A stretch of 30,757 nt of DNA from Breznakia blatticola. Lineage in GTDB: Bacteria > Bacillota_I > Bacilli_A > Erysipelotrichales > Erysipelotrichaceae. Both the position numbers and the translations under genes were made by a program. Location: assembly GCF_004365815.1 (NCBI RefSeq), contig NZ_SODD01000029.1, positions 1 through 30,757 of the forward strand, given 5' to 3'. Shown here in pieces: positions 8,456-16,784 of the stretch (within the stretch, counting starts at the first letter, position 1; every line of letters begins with the position of its first letter). The notes below the pieces were generated by a model. It saw only the letters and a list, made by a program, of their open reading frames with translations, searched no databases and was not told where the DNA came from.

Positions 8456-8984
8456 TTATCCTTCAGGATTGTATTCAATATCTTCGTATCCTTGTTCTAC
8501 ATACCATTCCAAGTAATCAAAGAAACCTTCATGACTCAATCCATATTCTCTATAATATTGGTTTACCCTTGCTTCAGCTTCCTTCATGCTTTCAATTACT
8601 TCTTCATCACAATCAGTTTCTTCTGTTTCATAATAGTACATGCAATATGTCATATTTAAATCTTTGCTATTATAATACTTTGCTTTTTTTTTCATGAGGC
8701 TTATCCAGACTATCAAGTATTACAATTCTTTTATCGTCTTTATACTCAAAACCAATCGTAACTGTTCTCTCTCCTAACCCTCGAGATAATCGATGATATG
8801 CTACACCCAAACCGTTCTTTGAATCGAGTGTAATACTTATGGAAGTTGATCGCGTGTTAATCGCATCAATTACAACTCCAGCTTTATCCATTTTCTCTTG
8901 GTACTTTTCTCCACTGAATGTTTGATTACATCCCATCAGCATACACATTGCAATCAATACACTCAAGATTCTTTTTTTTCTCAT
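8456..8984 (-). pseudogene. Array lipoprotein split by a +1 frameshift in an A9 tract
   Basis: ORFs 8670-8984 (N-terminal half) and 8456-8716 (C-terminal half) overlap at the T9 run at 8684-8692. Removing one A gives a continuous ~175-aa paralogue (..HEKKAKYYNSKDLNMTYC..). Confidence 0.8.
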
Positions 8985-9035
8985 ATCCTGTTATCCCTCT
9001 TCTTACAACATTCACTTAAGTGTATATCCACTTTT

Positions 9036-9563
9036 TTATCCTTCAGGATTGTATTCTATATCTTCGTATCCTTGTTCCACATACCATTCTAAATAATCAA
9101 AGAAACCTTCATGACTCAATCCATATTCTCTATAATATTCGTTTACCCTTGCTTCTGTTTCCTTCATGCTTTTAATTACATCTTCATCACAATCAGTTTC
9201 TTCTGTTTCATAATCATATGTACAATATGTAATATCTATTTTCTTATTATTATATAATTCTGCTTCTTTTTTGCGATAATTATCAATACTATCAAATATC
9301 ACAATATTCTTATCTCTTTCATATATATAATCAATCGAGAATATTTTCTTCCCTATACCTCGCGATAATCGATTATATGATACTCCTAAATCGTTCTTTG
9401 GATCAATCACAATATTTATCGTGGTCGCTCTAGTATTAATTGAAGTAATTTCAATTCCAGCTTTATCCATTTTCTCTTGGTACTTTTCTCCACTAAATGT
9501 TTGATTGCATCCCATCAACATACATATCATAACCAATATACTTAAGATTCTTTTATTTCTCAT
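9036..9563 (-). CDS. Lipoprotein immediately downstream of the LXG gene (putative cognate immunity protein)
   Basis: The 175-aa ORF has lipobox LMGC-NQT. Its start lies 4 nt after the LXG stop, with SD AGGGGAG inside the last LXG codons. Its central ~90 aa diverge from the other three copies while both ends are conserved. Confidence 0.85.
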   Translation of the reverse strand: MRNKRILSILVMICMLMGCNQTFSGEKYQEKMDKAGIEITSINTRATTINIVIDPKNDLGVSYNRLSRGIGKKIFSIDYIYERDKNIVIFDSIDNYRKKEAELYNNKKIDITYCTYDYETEETDCDEDVIKSMKETEARVNEYYREYGLSHEGFFDYLEWYVEQGYEDIEYNPEG

Positions 9564-9567
9564 AGCA

Positions 9568-11301
9568 TTACTCCCCTACTTTCTTAATCATAAAATTTTC
9601 AACTCGTATTACAATCTCTTCAATTTTGTTCACATATTCTAAATCGTTATACAAATCTGCTACATCTACTTTAGGAAGTTTAATATATAATGTCCCTTTC
9701 TCATCTTCAGTATACTCACATCCAGACAAGGAATCGCACAATTTCTTTACTTCACCTTTTTTTTCCATTTTACCCACATTAATTCCATATGTTGCTATTG
9801 CATCTAACTTCTGATTATAATTATCTACTGCTATTCCTGTAGCTTCGCTAAGAATAAACTGTGTCTTATCTTTCACTGTTATACACTTCAGATCAAATTC
9901 ATCTACCAACCCTGAATTAAGTAATACATCTTCATCTGTAAATCTTGAAGTACTTGTATACTTTCCGTTTTTATACTTTTCTATTTGCTTTGAATCAATT
10001 CCATACACATTCATAATATCTGACAATGCAATTGCACCATCTACTATAGTTAGTACTCCTATCTGATCCACAAATCCGACACCATAACTCATTAACCCCA
10101 ATAGGGTATCTACTCGATCCATCATTCGTTTATTTTCTACATAATCGATTATCATTTCTTTTTCTCCTAATCGACCATGTGATTTTACTTCAAATTCCAC
10201 AGCATTGTTATTACCTGAATCTGCAAACGATACTCCAGTAAGTAATCCTTTTCCATCTATCTCGTCATATGAAAATAGCGCTTCTGTTCCTAATATACCT
10301 CTTAGATCAAATACATAATCTAATTGTATGCTCATTTCCAACATTGCTTCTACTTTTACAAATCGTTTCGCATATTTTTCCCATTCGAAATCTTTGTTGT
10401 TTACATTTAGGATTCCTTCTTCTCGTAGTTTATGTTCACTCATAAAAAGTACTAATTGAAATAGTGGTGAAGGTGAATACCCATTCTTCACCTGCGATTT
10501 TTCCGTGTCATATATTTGTGTTATGTCATATGGCACATTATATCCATACGTCATAATTAATGGCATTTCACTTTCATCAATGCGAATGATAATATCCGTG
10601 ATATTTTCGAATTCTTCACGACTAACTTCACCAATATCTTTCTTAAGTATTCTTTCGATATACTTCTTTCCTTCGTCAGTCAATTTACCATCTGCAGTAA
10701 TGTATTTAGATAAATATGCGTCTTTCGACTTTTCTACCCATGATAAATCAACATCTGTAAACTGCAGTTTTTTAGTATCAAAACTTACATCCTTTACTAC
10801 TTCGATTCCGCGCTTTAACTGTTGAATGTATATCTCTGTGTGATCATAATACTTATTTGCTTGTATGTCATAATCATAAAGATCATCTATCTTTCTTCTC
10901 AACACTCTTAAATTATATTGATATAGTTCTTCAATCCCTGCAGTAAACTGCATTGGCATACTTTCCAATTTTCTTAACATTCCGTTTATACTCATAATTA
11001 TCGTCTCAATTTCTTCCTCATTAAGATATTGATCTCCGAGCATACATGTGTATAGATTTTCAGTACTTCGATTTGATCGAATCAGTTCCTCACACAACCA
11101 AATATGAATCTGATATAAATTATAATACACACTTCGTATATAACGTTTATGAGCTGCAAATGCTTGTCCTTGTAATTCTTGATTCACACAAAAAGCATCA
11201 ATCTCTTTCAATACAGATTGACTAGTTTCTTTCATTTCTCTTAATGCACTATTTAAATCACTGAATTGGTTTTGTATCTCTCTAAGATGGAAGGACTTCA
11301 T
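9568..11301 (-). CDS. LXG-domain polymorphic toxin candidate (T7SSb substrate) with an unassigned C-terminal domain
   Basis: The helical N-terminal ~200 aa carry L43-Q-G45 in the context QELQGQAFAAHKRYI. SD GAGGAGG is present. It is preceded by two small overlapping helical ORFs and followed by lipoprotein genes. No signal peptide is visible. Confidence 0.75.
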   Translation of the reverse strand: MKSFHLREIQNQFSDLNSALREMKETSQSVLKEIDAFCVNQELQGQAFAAHKRYIRSVYYNLYQIHIWLCEELIRSNRSTENLYTCMLGDQYLNEEEIETIIMSINGMLRKLESMPMQFTAGIEELYQYNLRVLRRKIDDLYDYDIQANKYYDHTEIYIQQLKRGIEVVKDVSFDTKKLQFTDVDLSWVEKSKDAYLSKYITADGKLTDEGKKYIERILKKDIGEVSREEFENITDIIIRIDESEMPLIMTYGYNVPYDITQIYDTEKSQVKNGYSPSPLFQLVLFMSEHKLREEGILNVNNKDFEWEKYAKRFVKVEAMLEMSIQLDYVFDLRGILGTEALFSYDEIDGKGLLTGVSFADSGNNNAVEFEVKSHGRLGEKEMIIDYVENKRMMDRVDTLLGLMSYGVGFVDQIGVLTIVDGAIALSDIMNVYGIDSKQIEKYKNGKYTSTSRFTDEDVLLNSGLVDEFDLKCITVKDKTQFILSEATGIAVDNYNQKLDAIATYGINVGKMEKKGEVKKLCDSLSGCEYTEDEKGTLYIKLPKVDVADLYNDLEYVNKIEEIVIRVENFMIKKVGE

Positions 11302-11530
11302 TTTCTGTTTCCTCCTCTTTACTTATTTCTCTTTCTATCTCTTCTAACTCTTGACTTACTTTATTCATTGCCCTTTTATGAATATCCAAGCTTTCTTTTG
11401 ACATATTCCCACTGTCAGTCAAAGGAAATATCTCATAAAGATTTGCAAACAATTCATTGCTTTCCTTTAATAATTCTCTTAGTTCTTCAAGTTTCCCTTT
11501 TTGTATATACAACACATCTTTACTATTCAT
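11282..11530 (-). CDS. Small alpha-helical LXG-associated protein (Lap2/DUF3958-like)
   Basis: The 82-aa ORF is rich in charged residues and predicted helical. It shares an ATGA overlap with the upstream ORF and overlaps the LXG start by 20 nt, suggesting translational coupling. Confidence 0.55.
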   Translation of the reverse strand: MNSKDVLYIQKGKLEELRELLKESNELFANLYEIFPLTDSGNMSKESLDIHKRAMNKVSQELEEIEREISKEEETENEVLPS

Positions 11531-11790
11531 TTTCCAATTTCATCTCCAATCTTCGTATCAAGATTTTTAAAGCTTTTGGAAATAGTTTCTACTTTACCCA
11601 TATCTCTTTTAAAGTAATTATGAATACTTTTGTGTATAGTAAAAGTTTCATTTGCTTGAAATGAAATTCTTTCTTGTGTAGATAGAGTAGTAGCAGATGA
11701 ATATTTTACTTGATTGATAGTTGTTTTTACTTTAGCTTGTAGTTTATTAAGAAAACTACTTATATACTTATGATTAACTCGAACTGACAT
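11527..11790 (-). CDS. Small alpha-helical LXG-associated protein (Lap1/DUF3130-like)
   Basis: The 87-aa ORF is the first gene of the operon, with SD GAGGGGA. It contains YFKRD (YxxxD) and FKNLD (FxxxD) near the C-terminus. Confidence 0.55.
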   Translation of the reverse strand: MSVRVNHKYISSFLNKLQAKVKTTINQVKYSSATTLSTQERISFQANETFTIHKSIHNYFKRDMGKVETISKSFKNLDTKIGDEIGK

Positions 11791-11820
11791 TCTTTTCCCC
11801 TCATATCATTTAATTATATA

Positions 11821-11848
11821 ATTATAACAGTTGAGATTTTTTCGTCAA
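11821..11848 (-). promoter_or_regulatory. Strong sigma-A-type promoter of the LXG operon
   Basis: On the minus strand, TTGACG (11843-11848) is followed by a 16-nt spacer and the extended -10 TGtTATAAT (-10 at 11821-11826), about 25 nt upstream of the first SD. Confidence 0.6.
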
Positions 11849-12235
11849 TGTTCGTTTACTTTGCTCAATCATTTCATAACGACTAAAGCGGTAATTTTTA
11901 CAATTGTGAAACTGATGGTTTTTTATCATTTTCTTGATTACGACTCAACGGTAAGAAGAAAAAAGACACAATTGGCATTGCTAAATATAGCACCATAATA
12001 ACATCGTGTGCACCGTTTGCCTGCACGATTTAATAACATGTCAAACGAGTAAAACTTTATGATTCAATACATATTCCTTATAATCACACCTACAACTACA
12101 TCATTATCCTAATCATTTGTCTCTTTTATAACAGCACATACAATGTAACACACTACTATCTATATTATTAAGTTTTACATTTCTCCATATTCTCCAATCA
12201 TATTTATAGTATTTCTTTTTTAGAATATCAGCTAA

Positions 12236-12266
12236 ATATAAAGAAAACGACCACCGAAGTGATCGT
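12236..12266 (-). terminator. Intrinsic terminator of eno
   Basis: On the minus strand, ACGATCAC-TTCG-GTGGTCGT forms 8 pairs with one G-U, followed by TTTTCTTTAT. It lies 20 nt after the eno stop. Confidence 0.65.
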
Positions 12267-12285
12267 CTCTATTGATGAATGTAAA

Positions 12286-13662
<1,377 letters not shown>

Positions 13663-13771
13663 GGTAAATGAAATCATTTTCCAAATAATAGTTATTTTTT
13701 TCACAAAAAGAAATCAATTCCTTCCTAAAATCCTCAAAACACGTGTATTTATGCGTTTTATTATACATTTT

Positions 13772-13800
13772 ATAAAGAAAAAGCAAGACGAATCTTGCTT
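13772..13800 (-). terminator. Intrinsic terminator of the M3 peptidase gene
   Basis: AAGCAAGA (13781-13788) pairs with TCTTGCTT (13793-13800) around the loop CGAA. A U-rich tail follows on the minus strand. It overlaps the stop codon. Confidence 0.65.
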
Positions 13801-15493
13801 ATAGTTTTGTATCATCAATTGTATCGTAATACTGTGAAATCTTATCCATTACATCAGCTAAACATCCTTCTGAGAATGGGTCTTTTAGGTTTGCTTTTGC
13901 GACAATTTGTCTAAATGGTAAAGTACCACCTAACTTACAAATTTCATAGTAATCTGAAAATGCATTTGCATCTTTATTTTGAAGGCGTAGCCAGAATTGT
14001 AAAGCAACTACTTGTGCCAATGTGTAATCTACATAATAGAATGGATCAGAGAAAATATGCGCTTGTCTAAACCACCATGTTCCTTTATCTAAGAAAGGAA
14101 TATCACTATAGTCTTTATGTGGTAAATATTGTTTTTCTAATTTCCTCCACGCTGCTTTTCTTTCAGAAGGCGTCATTTCTGGATTTGCATATACTTCATG
14201 TTGGAAGTGATCCACAGTAATTCCATAAGGTAAGAATTTTATAGCACCGCCTAAATGTGTATAGTAGTATTTTTCTACATCTTCTTCAAAGAATTTAGGC
14301 ATCCAAGGCCATGCAAAGAATTCCATACTCATTGAATGAATTTCCGCGCTTTCATACGTTGGCCAAATACAATCACTAGGTTTAATATTTCTAGATGAAT
14401 ACACTTGGAATGCATGTCCAGCTTCATGAGTTAAAACATCTACATCTCCAGCAGTTCCATTAAAGTTACTAAAGATAAATGGACTTGCATAATCGGAGAT
14501 AAACGTACAGTATCCACCACCACGTTTTCCAGGTTTTGCCACTAGATCAAGTAATTCATTGTTTACCATGTAATCAAAGAATTCACCAGTTGGCTCACTC
14601 AATTCATGATACATATTTTGTGCGATTTTCACCATTTGATCTTTATCATATTTTGGTGTTGGGTTTCCCGTTGTAAATTCATATCCATTGTTGTAAACCG
14701 CAAGTGTATTCACACCTAAACGTTTCTTCTGTGCATCATATAAACGTGTAGCTACAGGTACAACATCGCTAAGAATTTGTTTACGGTACGTTGCAACATC
14801 ATCCGCATTATAATCAAAACGATTCATACGTACATATCCAAGTTCAATAAAATTATTGAATCCTAATTCTTTGGCAATTTTTGCACGAACTTTCACTAAT
14901 CGATCATAGATATCATCGATTTCACTCTCGTGTTCTTCCATATAGCCCCAGTATGCTTTATGCGCACCTTCACGTGTTGCAACATCTGGATCATCCATCT
15001 TTCCACCTAAGCTTGCAAGTGTATATGTTTCACCTTCAAATTCAATTTGCGCTTTTGCAATTAGTTTCTCATATTCACTAACTAAACGGTTTTCTTCTTG
15101 CAGGTCTCCTACGATTTTTTCATCATATGACTTTAATGCATTTTCCGCTTTCCAGAAATAGGTCATTGGAACTTCATTTTCTAGTTCTGGACGGAATGGA
15201 CTATCTAATACAATTTTACTAATCTTAGAGCTAATCCCCATTAAAATTGGAATATGCTCATCCCAAAATGTGTTTTCTGCATCATAAAATGCATCAGTTG
15301 TGTCAATGGTATGACGAACATGCATTAATGAATACATACTTTCTGCATGAGATAAAACTTCATCTGCTTTATCAAATGCTGTTTTAAATACCTCATATGT
15401 ATCTGCATGTTTTAGTTGTTCGACAAGTTTGTCAATTTCACTTTTTAACGTATCAAAATTCGTACGTTCATATTTGTAATCCTTAAATTTCAT
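13799..15493 (-). CDS. M3-family oligoendopeptidase (PepF-like)
   Basis: It carries the zinc motif LTHEAGHAFQ (HExxH) and a downstream glutamate in ESAEIH. The length and layout are typical of PepF/M3B. I call the ATG at 15493 (SD AGAGGTG 5 nt upstream) rather than the GTG at 15502. Confidence 0.85.
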   Translation of the reverse strand: MKFKDYKYERTNFDTLKSEIDKLVEQLKHADTYEVFKTAFDKADEVLSHAESMYSLMHVRHTIDTTDAFYDAENTFWDEHIPILMGISSKISKIVLDSPFRPELENEVPMTYFWKAENALKSYDEKIVGDLQEENRLVSEYEKLIAKAQIEFEGETYTLASLGGKMDDPDVATREGAHKAYWGYMEEHESEIDDIYDRLVKVRAKIAKELGFNNFIELGYVRMNRFDYNADDVATYRKQILSDVVPVATRLYDAQKKRLGVNTLAVYNNGYEFTTGNPTPKYDKDQMVKIAQNMYHELSEPTGEFFDYMVNNELLDLVAKPGKRGGGYCTFISDYASPFIFSNFNGTAGDVDVLTHEAGHAFQVYSSRNIKPSDCIWPTYESAEIHSMSMEFFAWPWMPKFFEEDVEKYYYTHLGGAIKFLPYGITVDHFQHEVYANPEMTPSERKAAWRKLEKQYLPHKDYSDIPFLDKGTWWFRQAHIFSDPFYYVDYTLAQVVALQFWLRLQNKDANAFSDYYEICKLGGTLPFRQIVAKANLKDPFSEGCLADVMDKISQYYDTIDDTKL

Positions 15494-15560
15494 ACATTTC
15501 ACCTCTATGTTCCATTATACTCAATTTTATAGTTGATTTATACAAACTTGCAAAAGAATT

Positions 15561-15588
15561 GAAAAAAGACTACAGCGAACTGTAGTCT
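15561..15588 (-). terminator. Intrinsic terminator closing the opp operon
   Basis: A perfect 9-bp stem AGACTACAG (15567-15575) / CTGTAGTCT (15580-15588) closes the loop CGAA. Six U follow on the minus strand. Confidence 0.75.
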
Positions 15589-15775
15589 ATCCAAACATCC
15601 ATAAAAATAATTGAATGATAATAAAGAAAAAGAATATAACAGCTAAGACAACAGGAATGATGACACTTGCCGCAGCAATCAAGATGGCTAGAAAGTCACC
15701 TTTTTCAAGGTTTGCTTGCTTTCCTTCTTGAATCTCTTTCTTTTTTAAGATATCTCTAATCTTCGGTTTTGACAT
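15587..15775 (-). CDS. Small single-TM membrane protein encoded at the 3' end of the opp operon
   Basis: The 62-aa ORF starts at the ATG at 15775 (SD AGGTGA 5 nt upstream). It has a charged N-terminus followed by the strongly hydrophobic stretch LAILIAAASVIIPVVLAVIFFFFIIIQLFLWMF. It overlaps the oppF 3' end by 20 nt and lies upstream of the operon terminator. Confidence 0.5.
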   Translation of the reverse strand: MSKPKIRDILKKKEIQEGKQANLEKGDFLAILIAAASVIIPVVLAVIFFFFIIIQLFLWMFG

Positions 15776-16784
15776 TAAATTCACCTGCGAAATGACATTT
15801 TACAAAGTGATCTGGAGCGACTTCTTTTTCCACTGGATCAGTTTGCTTACAAATATCTTTTGCAAATGGACAACGAGGATGGAATTTACATCCACTTGGC
15901 AAGTTTACGTTACTTGGAATTTCCCCTTTAATCATCGACATTTCCAAATGTTCATTTGGATCTGGCTTAGGAATCGCTGCCATTAATGACATTGTGTATG
16001 GGTGTTGTGGATTGTTGAAGATTTGATCTTTATCAGCAATTTCCACAATACTTCCTAAGTACATAACTCCAACACGATCACTGATGTGTTTTACAACACT
16101 CAAGTCATGTGAAATAAAGATATAAGAAATCTTTTGTTCTTCTTGTAAATCCATCATTAAGTTCAAGATTTGTGATTGAATCGATACGTCAAGCGCACTA
16201 ACTGGTTCATCACAAATAATGAATGTTGGATCAAGTGCTAATGAACGTGCAATCCCAATACGTTGACGTTGCCCACCAGAAAATTGGTGAGGGTAACGAT
16301 AACAGTAGTAAGGTGGAAGACCACATTTTTTCATTAGTTCAAGAACGTGTTCTTTTAGTTCATTTCCACGTTTAAAGTATCCATGAGCAACTAAAGGTTC
16401 ACTAAGAATATTATAAATATTCATTCTAGGGTTTAATGAAGAATATGGATCTTGAAAAATGAATTGCATATCTTCACGAAGTTTACGCATTTCTTTTCTT
16501 GATTTTGCCAGTACATTTTCACCTTTGAAAATAACTTCTCCGCTTGTTGGTTCATGAAGACGGATAATCGCACGACCTAGCGTAGATTTCCCACATCCTG
16601 ATTCACCTACAAGTCCTAACGTTTCACCTTCGTATAGTCTGAAGCTTACACCATCAACCGCTTTTACGAATTGTTTATTGAAACGTCCTTTTCCAACAGG
16701 GAAATGTTTTGTTAAGTTCTTAACTTCCAAAATGACTTTTTTGCCATTTGGTCCAACTTGAACATCTTTAACTTGTTCGCTCAT
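15756..16784 (-). CDS. oppF: Oligopeptide ABC transporter ATP-binding protein OppF
   Basis: Walker [10 protein letters not shown], the signature FSGGQRQR and Walker B IICDEP are present. The Cys-rich C-terminal oligopeptide-ABC extension reads GCKFHPRCPF...C. Confidence 0.9.
   Translation of the reverse strand: MSEQVKDVQVGPNGKKVILEVKNLTKHFPVGKGRFNKQFVKAVDGVSFRLYEGETLGLVGESGCGKSTLGRAIIRLHEPTSGEVIFKGENVLAKSRKEMRKLREDMQFIFQDPYSSLNPRMNIYNILSEPLVAHGYFKRGNELKEHVLELMKKCGLPPYYCYRYPHQFSGGQRQRIGIARSLALDPTFIICDEPVSALDVSIQSQILNLMMDLQEEQKISYIFISHDLSVVKHISDRVGVMYLGSIVEIADKDQIFNNPQHPYTMSLMAAIPKPDPNEHLEMSMIKGEIPSNVNLPSGCKFHPRCPFAKDICKQTDPVEKEVAPDHFVKCHFAGEFNVKTED

Larger units (their letters stand above)
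7301..9563 (-). repeat. Four-unit tandem gene array, period about 576-580 bp
   Basis: Stop codons fall at 7301, 7877, 8456 and 9036, and starts at about 7826/7857, 8404, 8984 and 9563. The 3' ~200 nt of each unit and the spacer sequences are near-identical by eye. Confidence 0.9.

Noticed and set aside
7337-9092. Plus-strand ORFs of 64-113 aa (7337-7642, 7741-8073, 7913-8206, 8318-8659, 8440-8697, 8898-9092) that repeat with the array.
   Set aside because: They are antisense shadows of the minus-strand lipoprotein repeats. They are low-complexity and Phe/Ile/Leu-rich, lack SD sequences, and recur only because the underlying DNA is repeated.
7301-9563. Whether the regular repeats could be a CRISPR array or a satellite.
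   Set aside because: The period is about 579 bp and each unit is a protein-coding gene with a signal peptide. There is no short repeat/spacer structure.
7210-11912. A shared 9-mer TTGTGAAAC at 7210-7218 and 11904-11912 as possible att-like direct repeats bounding the LXG block.
   Set aside because: It is too short to be significant between two AT-rich intergenic regions. No integrase or recombinase gene is present in the block.
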